64,000 nucleotides of DNA, taken from the NCBI RefSeq assembly GCF_032191835.1, contig NC_083229.1:35960001-36024000 (forward strand). Reading direction: 5' to 3'. The position numbers and the translations under genes are program-made. Below the pieces are notes generated by a model. It did not search any database. It was not told where the DNA came from and worked only from the letters and a program-made list of their open reading frames with translations. Shown piece by piece: positions 1 to 12,977 of this stretch; the first letter of the stretch is position 1, and every line of letters starts with the position of its first letter. This DNA is from Heteronotia binoei (lineage: Eukaryota).

Positions 1-1670
1 AGAGGGAGTTCAGATATCCTGTATGGGATATCGTGAATAGATCCCTGATGGAAGCGCATTTTCCAGCACCTCTTAAAGAGGTGGTGGTCCTCCCTCTCCT
101 GAAAAAATCAACACTAGATCCAGCCGAATTGGCACACTATCGGCCAGTCTCGAATTTACCCTTTTGGGGTAAAATTATTGAGAGGGCAGTGGCGTTGCAG
201 TTACAGAATTTTCTGGAGGATACTTCCGTTCTCGACCTCCATCAGTCCAGCTTTCGCCCGGGCCATGGGACGGAGACAGCGCTGGTTGCTCTGGTGGATG
301 ACCTTCATCAGCATCTGGACCGAGGCGGCTCGGCGGTGCTGATGTTGTTAGACCTATCGGCAGCATTCCATATGGTTGACCATCGGTTGCTGACTTGCCG
401 TCTCACCAACACGGGTATTCAGGGGCTAGCCTTACAATGGCTTTCCTCTTTCCTCGATGGTTGGGGACAAAGGGTGGCGATTGTGGGTGAACTGTCCCGG
501 AGACACATGCTTGATTGCGGGGTGCCTCAGGAGGCAGTGCTTTCCCCAATGTTGTTCAACATCTACATGAGCCCACTTGCCCAGATTGCCCGGAGGTATG
601 GGTTGGATTGTCACCAGTATGCTGATGACACCCAGCTCTATCTACTCATGGACGGCCGGTCTGACTGTGCCCCAGAAAATCTGGACCTGGCGTTATAAGC
701 CGTGGCTAGATGGCTTAGGCTGAGTAGATTGAAACTAAATCCAGCGAAGACAGAGGTCCTTTGCTTGGGTCGACGTGGCCCGGGAAGGGAAATTCCCCTA
801 CCAGCCTTTGACGGTGTGCCACTAACAGTGGCACACAGGGTCAAGAGCTTGGGCATACTATTGGAGCCTGCCCTGACAATGGAGACCCAAATAGCAGCCA
901 CTGCTAAGTCCGCATTCTTTCATCTTAGGCGGGCGAGGCAGCTGGCCCTTTTCCTGGAGAACGGTGATCTGGCAACAGTGATCCATGCAACAGTCACCTC
1001 AAGGTTGGACTACTGTAATGCCCTCTACATGGGGCTGCCCCTGTGCCGAACCCAGAAGTTGCAGCTAGTGCAGAATGCCGCCGCCCGGCTGTTATTAGGG
1101 CTCCCCAGGTGGGAGCACATTCAGCCGGGGCTCCGGGGACTGCACTGGCTACCAATAACATACCAGGTTTAGTACAAGGTGCTGGTTATCACCTTTAAAG
1201 CCCTATATGGCTTGGGACCTGCCTACCTTAGGGACCGTCTCTCCCCACATGTTCCCCAGAGAGTGCTTAGATCTGTTTCGCAAAATCTGCTAGCAATCCC
1301 CGGGCCAAAGGAGGCCCGTCTGAAGTCAACGAGGGATAGGGCCTTTTCGATTCCAGCCCCCTGCTGGTGGAACCAGCTACCGGAAGAGGTGAGGGCCTTG
1401 TGGAACCTTGGGCAGTTCCGCAAGGCCTGTAAGACAGTCCTCTTCCAGTTGGCATATAACTGACTGGTGTCTAAAAACTGCAAAGGAAGGTTATAGAATA
1501 GCACCACACTGTTAGGTCATTTTGTTTTATTGTTTTAGCTGTTGTAAATTATTTAATGTATTTTAATATTTATTAATCTTATTGTTAGAATTTTATGTTG
1601 TGAGCCGCCCTGAGCCTTGGTGGGGAGGGCGGGATATAAATCAAATAAATAAAATAAAATAAATAAATAA
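1..1670 (+). mobile_element. L2-clade LINE, 3' part (RT domain to tail), inactivated by stops; 5' end lies outside the window
   Basis: ORFs 33-698, 702-1172 and 1179-1463 are one frame broken by TAA/TAG (YRPVSNLPF, GVPQ, QYADDTQLY, SRLDYCN). It ends gagccgccctgagcc...gggcgggatataaat with a (TAAA)n tail. Confidence 0.95.
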
Positions 1671-2234
1671 ATTGAAAGAGAAATGTCAGCAATAATTAAA
1701 GGAAATAATCTACAATAACATGCTTAAAAGAAAAGGCGATTCCTATGAACTTTACAGAGAAGAACTTATAATTTCAGAACACTTACACCTTGATGCTTTC
1801 ATAATTAATTATAGAATAGATTTAGTTTCTTTTATCTGATTCATAATAGTATATAACTTAAATACATAAAGAATCTTCACTAACACAGATACGGAATAAA
1901 CATAGCACCACTGACACTATATTAGACGTATGAAATAAAGTACCCCAGTGGGGACCCCTCAAGTACTTGCATGAGACACAGGGGGCACTTGTACACCTAC
2001 ACACACTACTTGCATACTATGGAGCATACACTTATCTTCCAGCCATGCATACAAGGGCATACACTCCCATATATATTTGCATAAACATATCCTCCCCACA
2101 CCGACTTTCATGCATATGCTATGGTCACAATATGTGATGGCGGAAGACTATGGCATGATAAAAAGGATCTGCAGTTTGTCTGTTTTTCCTCTAGTGTCAC
2201 AACACTCATGAACCCTCTGCTCTATATGCTATTA

Positions 2235-2578
2235 TGATGGACAGGTTAGGTTACACCTCTCCCTATGAGTGACCAAGGGAGCTGATGGATTGTTAGTGAG
2301 AGGGATAGTTGAAAACAGCAGTTAAGACAGTTGAAGATAGCAGTTAGGGAGTTGAGAGTGAGTCTGGATGAGTGAAGCTGTGGAGAAGGACAGCTGAAAG
2401 CTGACTGAAAGCATTAGTTTTTCACTAAGGAACTCAAATGCTGGAATAAGGAAACAGTTCAAAGGCTCAGTTGAAAAGAAACTCTGTAACTTTGTTTAAA
2501 CCATAAATAAAAGTTAACTTCTTTTTTAACCATGTGGGCTGGTAGTCTCAGGAAAAGAAACACACATGCACACACAAT
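2235..2578 (+). mobile_element. Possible solo LTR
   Basis: TG...CA-bounded purine-rich segment with repeated cagttr motifs and AATAAA near 2506; no TSD confirmed. Confidence 0.3.
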
Positions 2579-3060
2579 CAAAGATCTCAATCGCTATATA
2601 TTTTAGGATATGGATAAATGGTGACAACATATGAATGAAATAGAGTTTGAGTCCCCAACCTCAATACCTCTTTGCAGTGTCTGAGTGAGGGACAATTATT
2701 AAAAGGACCTGGGCTATTCTGTCTGTTGCTATCTCCTTCAATAACAGAGAGGACTTGGGATATAAAATGGTCATGGCTGTCTATATATTTGAATAAAGGC
2801 AAGACAGGTAGTGATGTGCAACTGAACATGTAAGAGAGAGGTTGTGGAGAGTCGACACTCTTTGTGAGTGGAAAAGGTTGTTACAGCTATTAAAATAGTT
2901 TATTTTAAAAAGATCTTGAAGGTGGGCGAGGGGAATGTGTTATTTCTACTGACCACTAAAAATCAATCATTTTTTCTTTTCCACAAAGCTCTTTAAGGAA
3001 TATGCACCTGTTAAGATCTAGTGTAAGAAGAATGACCTGAGGACTGTGCATATACATTAG

Positions 3061-3615
3061 CTTTAAAAGGGGATTTGCAAAGGAAAAGTTCATTAATGGC
3101 TACAAGTCACAGCAACTAAAAGGAAACTCCACATTCAGAGGCAGTGAACCTTTAAACTCCAGCGCTCGGAGAGAACATCAGGGAAAGGCCTTGGCTGCTA
3201 TTCCCTGTTTGGTGGCCCTCCAGAGCAATTAGTTAGTCACTATGTGAAACAGGATGCTAGACTATACTAGACTAAACTTTGATCCAGCAGGCCTTTTCTT
3301 ATGTTCTTAGGTTAAGCTGTTCAAGCTTGGAGCAAGATCAACTGACTCCCCTGTTTTGGAACATAACTTAAGGATTCTAAAGGGTGATTAACATGTGGAA
3401 TTCACTGCCACAAGAGGTGGTGGCGGCTACAAGCATAGACAGCATCAAGAGGGGGTTAGATAAAAATATGGAGCAGAGGTCCATCAGTGGCTATTAGCCA
3501 CAGTGTGTATATATGTGTGTGTGTGTATAATTGTTTGGGGGGCCACTGTGAGACACAGAGTGTTGGACTGGATGGGCCATTGGCCTGATCCAACATGGCT
3601 TCTCTTATGTTCTTA
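3061..3615 (+). mobile_element. Two adjacent CR1 3'-end fragments (about 3061-3310 and 3391-3615)
   Basis: 3391-3615 is nearly identical to 8480-8718 (tggaattcactgccac...ttctcttatgttcttat); the first fragment ends in the same cttatgttctta tail. Confidence 0.8.
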
Positions 3616-4384
3616 TGTAGAATTGTTGCTGTACATTCAACTGAAATCCATTTTAAATGTATATAAAATTAGGGTTGTGCAAGAAAAAAATCAGTATTTT
3701 TTTAATTTGGGGTCTTTGAACCCTTAAAAATAAAATATTGCTTTGAAAACTCAAATTCCAATATTGGTATTGTATTGGAATTTGGGTAAAATTAGGGAAT
3801 TCAATTTTTTTTGGCTGCATTATACCTATGGGGGCATTACCATCCATGGTAAACTTACTAGTTTATAGTCAGTGGGCTGGGAGGGAGGGGGTTTGAGGAA
3901 GAGGCACCAAATTTGCAGTACAGCTACAGTCTCTCCTCAAAAGAACCACTAAGTTTCAAAAAGATTGGACAATGAGAACTAATTCCATGGGCATCCAAAG
4001 AGGGTGCCCCCCAACCTCCATTGTTTCCAATGGGGAAAAAAGTAAGGCAGGCATACAGTAATCCCCACAGATTCTCCCAGAGTCTTTGCAGTAGAAGGTT
4101 AGGGCAAATTGCAATGGTTCTGCTGCTAGCCTTGCAAAAATGCACCCCCCACACACACACACACACTTCACTTTCAACTGCAGAGATTCTCTGGGCTTGT
4201 ATTGCCCTGCTATTTTCCTCCCATTGGAAACAATGGAGGACAAAGGCACCCTCTTTTTTAAGCTCGGTGGTTCTTTTGGGAGAGGCACCAGCAGCAACAC
4301 TTCAAATTTGGTGTCTCCAATTTGGTGTTTGGTTGAGAGGGCTGAAGGTGAAGGTGACTGAAGGTGATTGTTGCTGATTGATTA

Positions 4385-7300
4385 GAAGTGGCTGTGTTCC
4401 CCATCCTCTTTGCATTTTAAGCTGCGCCTTGCCAGAGGCGCGAGCCTTTGGCAAGAGCCAAAGGGCTCTTGGCAAGTGGCTCTTAGCCTGGGGGCTCTGT
4501 AAGGATCAGGAACCCAGGTTCCTTCTGCTCCCAATAAGGTAAGCTGACCCTCCAGAAGAAGAGCCACATAAACAAACAGGATTTAAAAGGGGACTGTATC
4601 TTTTAAAAAAGCTATCATGAAGGTAGAATGCCAGCAAGGGGGTGGAGGCTTTCCAGTGTTTTGCACTGAGTGTCACATGTATGACTGTCTGCCCACAGGA
4701 CAGAAGTCTTGGGTGTGTGCTCGATGCAAGGAGCTCCTGGTACTCAGGGAACGAGTTCGTACCTTTGAGGCCGAGGTGACTAACCTGGAGAAGCAGAGAC
4801 AGTCAGTTAGGCACTCAGAGAAGACTCTCGGGGACGTCTTAGATGAGCCCCGCTCTGAACGTGGCAGCCCCGTGGTTGCCAGGGAGCATGAAGGTTGAGA
4901 GGGAACAGGGCATCGTGCTGAGGGTAAGGGGAATGTGCTTTCAGAAGGGACCTCTTCTTCAGTTGGTGAGTGGGTATCCTTTCGCGCCAAGGAACCATCC
5001 CTGGGCAGGGAGGGGGGGGGTCTTGGTAGTTGGTGATTCGATCCTTAGGCAAGTAGACAGCTGTGTGGCAAAACCATGTACTGACCATATGGTGACTTGT
5101 CTGCCTGGTGCGAAGGTAGTGGACACTACGCGTGTAGTAGATAGGCTGATAGACAGTGCTGGGGAGGAGCCAGTGGTCGTGGTGCATGTTGGAACCAACG
5201 ATGTGGGGAAATGCAGTCGTTAGGTCCTGGAGGAAAAATTTAGGCTGCTAGGCGGGAGACTTAAGGCCAGGACCTCCAAGGCAGCCTTCTCAGAAGTGCT
5301 ACCTGTTCCACGTGCAGGGCAGGAGAGACAGGCACAAATTAGAAGTCCAATGTGTGGATGAGACGATGGTGTAAGGAGGAAGGGTTTAAGTTTGTTAGGC
5401 ACTGGAATGCTTTCTGAAACAAGCGGGAGCTGTACAAAAGAGACGGTGTCCACTTGTCCCCGGATGGAACCAGGCTGCTGGCGCTTAAAATCAAAAGTGG
5501 CAGAGCAGTGTTTAATATGGTGCTACAGTCCTGATGTACATGTAAACATAGCTTTTATGTTGATGCAATGGTTCCACCTTAAAAAGCCAGCTGGAAGAGG
5601 ATGGTTTGCAAGCCCTACGGGACATTAATCAGTTCCATAGGGCTTGCAAAACTGTCCTCTTCCAGCTGGCTTTTTAAGGTGGAACCATTGCATCAACATA
5701 GAAGCTATGTTTACATGTACATCAAGACTGTAGCACCATATTAAGTTATATTGTGGTTTTAAATTATTTAACTTAAATGTTGTTTTATATGTAATTGTAT
5801 TTTATTTGTTATTGCTTTGAATTTTATTGTTGTATCATAGTACGAAGTACTGTGTCTTGGAGCCGCCCTGAGCCTGCTTCGGCGGGGAGGGGAGGGTATA
5901 AATAAAAATTTATTATTATTATTATTAAACTAAATCTCGGGGGAAAGCCAACAGGAGATTAAATGTCTCTGGTTCAGGAGAATTCATCTCAAAGAGATGA
6001 AGGGTTATGTGTTACTTTTCTACCGGGTAATGGATCAGAGTTGTCCACTGAGATGGTGACAAACCAATCACTCATGGAGTGTCTGCCAAAGTCTTCAGGC
6101 AGCAGGAGGAAGGTGGCAGGCCTAACTTGCCTGGGAAATTATAGATGTTTGTATACAAATGCTAGAAGTGTTCGAAGTAAAATTGGTGAGTTGGAATGTT
6201 TAGTGTTGGAAAACATAGACATTGTGGGAATTTCAGAAACTTGGTGGAATGAGGAGAATCAGTGGGACACAGTGATTCCTGGATATGTTATATCGGAAGG
6301 AAATGGAGGGAAGGGTGGGAGGTGGGGTGGCTCTGTATGTCAGAGAGGATATACAGTCCAGTAAGACTGAGGTCAAAGAATTAGATTCCCTTCTAGAAAT
6401 GCTTTGGGTCGAAATAGAGGGCCCAAAATGAAATTTAACTATGGGAGTTTGTTATTGCCCACCAAATCAAAAGATAACGGATGATTATAATATGATGGAA
6501 GGATTAAAGGTAGCGGCTAAACGTAAAAACTGTGTCATAATAGGTGATTTTAACTACCCGCAGATTGATTGGGTCAATATGTGTTCAGGTCGAGAGAAAG
6601 AGATTGAGATTCTAGACGCTCTCAATGACTGTGCTATGGAGCAGATGGTCACAGAACTACCAGGGGTGGGGTGGTCCTGGATTTGGTCCTAAGTAATGCC
6701 CAAGACTTGGTGAGAGATGTAAAAGTGATCGCACTGCTTGGGAGCAGTGACCATAACGTTATTGATTTCACCATTTGTATAAATAGGGAGTTGCCCCAAA
6801 AGTCCAGCACAACCACGTTTTTTAAAAGGGGTACATTCTCTGAGATGAGGAGGCATGTGAAGAGGAAACTGAAAGGAAAGGTAAATACACTCAAAACCCA
6901 AAAACCCAAAACCCAAAAAAAGGCAGTGGGGCCCTTGGATGACCAAGGGGTAAAAGGATTACTGGAGGAGGATGGCTGAGAAGCTGAATTCATTTTTTGC
7001 CTCAGTCTTTGCCCACTCCAGAACCACTAATTTTGGAAGGGGTGTTGAAAGACCTGAGCCAGATTGAGGTGACAAGAGAGGAGGTCCTACAACTGATTGA
7101 CGAATTAAAAGCTAATAAGTCACCAGGTCCGGATGGCATACATCCAAGAGTTCTGAAAGAACTCAAAGTTGAACTTCTGGATCTTCTGACAAAAAAATTG
7201 TAATCTTTCATTGAAATCTGCTTCTGTTCCTGAGGACTGGAAGGTAGCAAATGTCACCCTCATCTTTAAAAAGGGTTCCAGAGGAGATTCGGGAAATTAC

Positions 7301-8718
7301 AGGCCAGTCAGTCTAACTTCAATACCGGAAAGTTGGTAGAAACCATTATCAAGGACAGAATGAATAGGTACATTGATGAACACGAGTTATTGAGGAAGAC
7401 TCAGCATGGGTTCTGTAAGGGACGATCTTGCCTCACTAACCTGTTACATTTCTTTGAGGGGGTGAACAAACATGTGGACAAAGGAGACCCAATAGATGTT
7501 GTTTACCTTGACTTCCAGAAAGCTTTTGATAAAGTTCCTCATCAAAGGCTCAAGAGTCATGGAGTAAAAGGACAGGTCCTCTTGTGGATCAAAAACGGGC
7601 TAATTAATAGGAAGCAGAGAGTGAATATAAATGGGCAGTCTTCGCAGCGGAGGACGGTAAGCAGTGGGGTGCCGCTGGGCTCAGTACTGGGTCCCATGCT
7701 CTTTAACCTGTTAATTAATGATTTGGAGTTGGGAGTAAGCAGTGAAGTGGCCAAGTTTACAGATGACACTAAATTGTTCAGGGTGGTGAGAACCAGAGAG
7801 GATTGTGAGGCACTCCAAAGGGATCTGTTGAGGCTGGGTGAGTGGGCGTCAACATGGCAGATGAGGTTCAATGTGGCCAAGTGCAAAGTAATGCACATTG
7901 GGGCCAAGAATCCCAGCTACAAATACAAGTTGATGGAGTGTGAACTGGCAGAGACTGACCAAGAGAGAGATCTTGGGGTCGTGGTAGATAACTCACTGAA
8001 AATGTCAAGACAGTGTGCGACTGCAATAAAAAAGGCCAACGCCATGCTGGAAATTATTAGGAAGGGAACTGAAAACAAATCAGCCAGTATCATGCATGAT
8101 GCACATAGTATGCCCCTGTATAAATCCATGGTGCGGTCTCATTTGGAATACTGTGTACAATTCTGGTCACCGCACCTCAAAAAGGATATTATAGCATTGG
8201 AAAAATTCCAGAAAAGGGCAACTGGAATGATTAAAGGTTTGGAACACTTTCCCTATGAAGAAAGGTTAAAATGCTTGGGGCTCTTTAGCTTGGAGAAACG
8301 TCAACTGCAGGGTGACATGATAGAGGTTTACAAGATTATGCATGGGATGGAGAAAGTAGAGAAAGAAGTAGTTTTCTCCCTTTCTCACAATACAAGAACT
8401 CATGGGCATTCAATGAAATTGCTGAGCAGTCAGGTTAAAATGGATAAAAGGAAGTACTTCTTCACCCAAAGGGTGATTAACCTGTGGAATTCACTGCCAC
8501 AGGAGGTGGTGGTGGCTACAAGCATAGCCAACTTTGAGAGGGGATTGGATAAAAATATGGAGCAGAGGTCCATCAGTGGCTATTAGCCACAGTATAGATA
8601 TATATATGTGTGTTTGTGTGTATACACGCACACACACATATATTGACCACTGTGTGACACAGAGTGTTGGACTGGATGGGCCGTTGGCCTGATCCAACAT
8701 GGCTTCTCTTATGTTCTT
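4385..8718 (+). mobile_element. Near full-length CR1 LINE (5'UTR, ORF1 zinc finger + SGNH esterase, ORF2 APE + RT), with frameshifts and an L2 insertion
   Basis: ORF1: CTECHMY...CARC, VVGDSIL, VHVGTNDV. ORF2: CLYTNARS, GISETWW, GDFNYPQIDW, GSSDHN, YLDFQKAFDKVPH, KFTDDTKL, LEYCVQFWSP. 3' tail cttatgttcttat. Confidence 0.95.
5512..5926 (+). mobile_element. 5'-truncated L2 3' fragment with a fold-back inversion, inserted between CR1 ORF1 and ORF2
   Basis: 5611-5665 encodes the L2 C-terminal motif (ALRDINQFHRACKTVLFQLA). L2 terminal stem-loop at about 5860-5900 and a (TTA)n tail. 5512-5620 is the reverse complement of 5635-5744. Confidence 0.9.
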
Positions 8719-8829
8719 ATCTGTTGGTGGGCCTGGGGTGGGGAAAATTTACTGGGAGGTGGGGTGGAGAAACCTGCTGGATCTCCTTGCTACTATACAA
8801 ACTGCCAAACTAAAAGTATGAAGAGGGAT

Positions 8830-8877
<48 letters not shown>

Positions 8878-8879
8878 AA
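8830..8879. repeat. (CAT)n microsatellite
   Basis: About 15 perfect CAT units. Confidence 0.98.
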
Positions 8880-9059
8880 TTCTCTCTCCCCCACCACCCT
8901 TCCCTGTGTTTCAGTGCTTCAACTCCTTTTACCGTCCTGTCTCTTTCTTTGATGTGAGGGGTAGGAAACTTGGGTAGAATTTTTTAGTTTTTACAACACC
9001 TTTTTTGTTTTGACTTTGGGGTTGCCTGCTTCCTTTGCAACTTAAAGTTACCCCATCCA

Positions 9060-10420
9060 AGTTATCCAAGTTACCCCATCACTTGTAGGTTCTGCAAACT
9101 GCCCTTTTCTCTGCCTGCTGGCTGTGAGGTTTCCCTTTCTGATCCTGCCAAAAGCACCCCCTTTTCTTTCTGGGTTCCTTGCGTCTCTGCCTTTGGGGAT
9201 TCCCTCTCTCCTCTGCACTTTTGGGGGTTTTCATAACTGCCCTTTCCCCTGGGTGTGGTGTTTCCCTTTCTGTTCCTGCCAAAAGCAGCTCCCTTTCTTC
9301 CTGGGTTGCTTGAGTGTCTGCCTCTCTCTTTTGCCACCAAGGCAGCTAATTCACCCCAGCACTTTGGGGGCTTTTGCTAATGGTTCTTTCCCCTGGCTGC
9401 GGGGTTTCCTTTTCTGCTACTGCCAAAGGCAGTCTCTTCCTTCCTGGGTTGCTTGAAGTACTGCCTTGGGGGTTCCCTCTCTCCTTTGCCACTGAAGCAC
9501 TCAACTTACCTCAGCATGATGAGCTATGAGACAACTGATCGTCTGCTCACTTCTGGCTTCCTGTTGCCTGGTAGCTATGTGATACCTGTTTCAAGCTGGT
9601 GTCCAATGGCACATCCAACTCCAGAATTTTTCACTCCCTGTGAGTCCAGGTGCCATGAACCACAAAGTAGAATGCTCCACCATAGCGTTTTGTTTCTCCC
9701 TTTGGCAACGTGATTACCAGCAAGAACTTGTGCTCTGGGGAAAGTGTGCATATGGGGGGCAAGCCATCTTGTCCTGCTACCTGCAATCTTCCATAGTGAG
9801 CACCTAGGCACCAAGCCAAAAGCCACCAGATGTCTCCCAAAGTACTGTCTCCTAGTCAGTCCACCACTATTGCCTGATCTTGCCAACCAACCCAATTTGT
9901 GAAAACCCACATCACCCCACCACTCCACATAGATGCCCCCATGATTTCTTTTCCTAGTGGACAGCGAGCTGGATTTGAATGCCTGTAGATTAACCAGGTC
10001 TGCTCAGTACTATCTGAAACTGGTGCTGGACAACTCTCCCAATGTGGAAGGCCACCCCAGAAAAGTACTGTGTGTTGGAGGCCTCTAGCTCACCTTTGTC
10101 AGTTTTTGTCACTCCTGAACTGGCGGGGGGGGGGGGGATATGTCCCATTGGAAAGCATTGTTTTGGGCAACTTTTTTAGCAATCTGTAACTCAGCCTCCT
10201 GAAGTCCAATGTGGACCAACCTTGGTGGGCAGATTGAAGAGAGTGAGCTGGAGACACCCTGTGATTTTGGAACATCGAGGTCCCAGGGAGGTTTATGTGG
10301 ACCATTTCATGAACTGGGTGATGGTTCAGTCTGCAAACCAGGCCAGTTTGCTTTGCAAACTGAACTGGCATTTTCTGGTTTGTGCCCATCCCTAGCAACC
10401 AGTTATATAAAAGAATACAA
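9060..10420 (-). mobile_element. Degraded Gypsy-like LTR retroelement remnant with degenerate internal repeats (9080-9500)
   Basis: Broken minus-strand frames resemble gag and integrase zinc-binding regions; repeated ctgcctttggggg..ttccct units. Heavily decayed. Confidence 0.35.
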
Positions 10421-12146
10421 AGGCAGTTTGAAAGGGGCCATTACGAAGTGAAGCTATGAGGTCCTACAATACTAGGTATATTGTACTAGTAGGCAGAGAA
10501 CAAATGAAAATAGGATCCAGGTGAAAGAATAAATGATCCAATGAGAATGGCAGTAGACCATTCACAGTAGGTGATAAACAAGCAAAGCACAATAAATAGT
10601 GTACATAAGCCTCAAAGGAGCATGAAAAGATGTTCTGTGTTGACTAGCTACTCTGCTTTATTACAGTACAATCCTTACACCCTCCTAATTAAATTGAAGG
10701 CAGTGGGCTCAGAAGTGCATAACTCTGTTTAGTATTTCAAGTAGAATTTCAACGGCATATGAATTTCAACTCTGCACTTCTTGAAATAGTATTACTCTGA
10801 AAGGATCCACAGCTTCTTCTGGAATACAATCCTTTCTTCTCACAGAGCTCCCCAAACTGAAGCAACTACTCACCATCACCAATAGTCATCTAATAGGACT
10901 AGTCGCTGCGACAAACCTCAGTGTTATTTCTGTTCCCATATCTATTCACATGCACTGTCACAGGACCCAACAATACAAGAAAGGCCCTTCGAGCAGCAGA
11001 TTATTTGTTTAAAATAAATATATCCATTTTTTCAGCTGAGGTGGCTTACAATATCATTAACTGAAATAACAGACCAAGTTATCTGAATAAACCCATGGGG
11101 GAAGGAGGCAAATAAAATAGCAGCATAAAGTCATATAAAGATTAAAGCTATTAAAATGGTCCATCATACTGAACAATAAAATCACATTAGAAACTGGTGC
11201 AGAAGAAGGTAATGATAAAAAGGAAGAAAAATGTATTATCATATGACAGCAATGTCCTTCTGCCATTTCTGTAGATCAAATGGCTTTTTCTGTGCAAAAG
11301 AATACACAATACAAATCATGCATTAAAACAAAAGCATACAAAATCAGTGGTGAGAAATTTCAGCCTCAATGAACACTAAGTCACAGATTTGAAGTTTCCA
11401 TACTTCAGCAAAAATGTTTATAAGGGACATTCCAGTATGCAGCTCCTGAGATAATCTTTAAGATGCTACAAGGCACATAGTAGTAAGTCTTAGTAGAACA
11501 TGGCCACCACTTTGAAATATTTTAACAAAACATATTAATGTCTGTGATGTTATTTATTCATCCATTTTTAAATTTCCTGTTTAAAATGTCCAGCTAATGC
11601 TATGATTAACTATTCATATTAGACAAACTGACTTTTACAATAGCTTCCAATACAAGTACACTAATAAATGAATTATATTTTAAAAATATTCATACTATTT
11701 TATCTTGCCGTTCCACCCAAAGCAGCAAACAGTTAAAAGACATTAAAATTAACTTTAAAAATACATGTAGATAAAACAATAGTTTGAACATAAAGAAAAA
11801 GGAAGGAAATGGCAAATAAAGCAAAAATGTCTTCATCCCTGGTGAAAGGCAACTATACAGTGGGACAGATGAATCTCCCTGGGGAGGGAATTCCACCACT
11901 GATGCCACATCTGAGAAAGCCCTTTCTCAGGTCACCACCCTTCTAGCCTCAGAACAGGGAGGCACCCAAAGCAAGTCCCTCCAAAGATGGTAATGGTCAG
12001 GTAATGGTAATGGTCAGGTAGGTTCAATGGGAGTAGGCTGTATTTAAGTTATGCTGGTCCCAAGCAGTATAACCAATCCCAGTTCCAAATGATTTTAAAT
12101 TTGCATTAATTTCTGTTAGAATAGTTATTCCTTTCCTTCATCCTAC

Positions 12147-12277
12147 CTTCTGTCAGGAAGAAAGTAAATTTTAACATAAGGATTTCTTGGCCTTCCGTCT
12201 TCCCTTGAAGGAAGATCCTTTGCTCCCAATATTGTGACTATCAACTGATGACCAACCTTGTCATACCACAATTTTAT
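12147..12277 (-). CDS. RIMS2: RIMS2 exon (131 nt, phase 0 to 2); IKLWYDKVGHQLIVTILGAKDLPSREDGRPRNPYVKIYFLPDR(S), first C2A exon
   Basis: tttctcattacag|ATAAAATTG...GACAGAAG|gtagga; 43 codons + 2 nt; RIM C2A N-terminal strands. Confidence 0.97.
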
Positions 12278-12361
12278 CTGTAATGAGAAAATATTCATTA
12301 GTCAGTCCAGGTAATTCATTACACAGCAAAGAATTGTTGAAGATAGTTTTTAGCCCTCAGT

Positions 12362-12552
12362 TAGATTCAAGCCCCGTAGCACCTTAGAGGCCAAGATTTT
12401 GGGGGGATGAGCTTGCAAGAGTCCAAGCTTCTGGATGAAGGGAGCTTTGACTCTCAAAAGAACATATCCCAAAAATCTTGTTGGTCTTTAAGGTGCTACT
12501 GGACTCAAATCTAACTGTTCTACTGCAGACCAACGCAGCTACCATCTGAAAC
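12362..12552. mobile_element. Penelope-like element termini in inverted arrangement
   Basis: gtagcaccttagaggccaagatttt ... aaaatcttgttggtctttaaggtgctac inverted arms. Related termini occur at 39520-39670, 41850-41940, 53470-53530 and 53950-54030. Confidence 0.6.
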
Positions 12553-12895
12553 TAGCTCTCCGTTGTGTTTGTTTTCCTAATTATTGCAATGAAGATAATT
12601 GTAGTATTATGAAACAAAATAATAAGATATGGTGTAACACATTTAATGAAATGTATTCTGTAAGAATAATCTAGTTAGTATTATGTTTTCTATGTTGAAG
12701 TGCATATGATTATTTACTGGAGTGGTGCATATGTGTATTAAGTTTACATGTATACTACCATTTCAATGTGTGATATGAATTCAAGATTAATAACTCTTCC
12801 TACTCTGATTAGTATACCATATGACAAAAGGAAAGGAATAAGATAGTGGACATTATAGTCTTGTTCTCATTAGCAGAATGATCAGTAACATACCG

Positions 12896-12977
12896 TACAA
12901 CCCTAAAGAGACTTACTCCAGTCTAAGCCCATTAAAATGAATAGGCTTAGACTGGTGTAACTCTCTTTAGGATTGCA
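12896..12977. mobile_element. About 80-bp palindromic MITE (relatives at about 32590-32690, 36170-36240, 36400-36490)
   Basis: tacaaccctaaagagacttactccagtctaagccc / ggcttagactggtgtaactctctttaggattgca fold into one hairpin. Confidence 0.7.

Noticed and set aside
8764-8952. Poly-histidine ORF
   Set aside because: It is the translation of a (CAT)n microsatellite.
1-12146. Next RIMS2 C2A exon (expected DKNKRRTKT...)
   Set aside because: I could not find it by eye; it probably lies beyond the left edge. Not reported.
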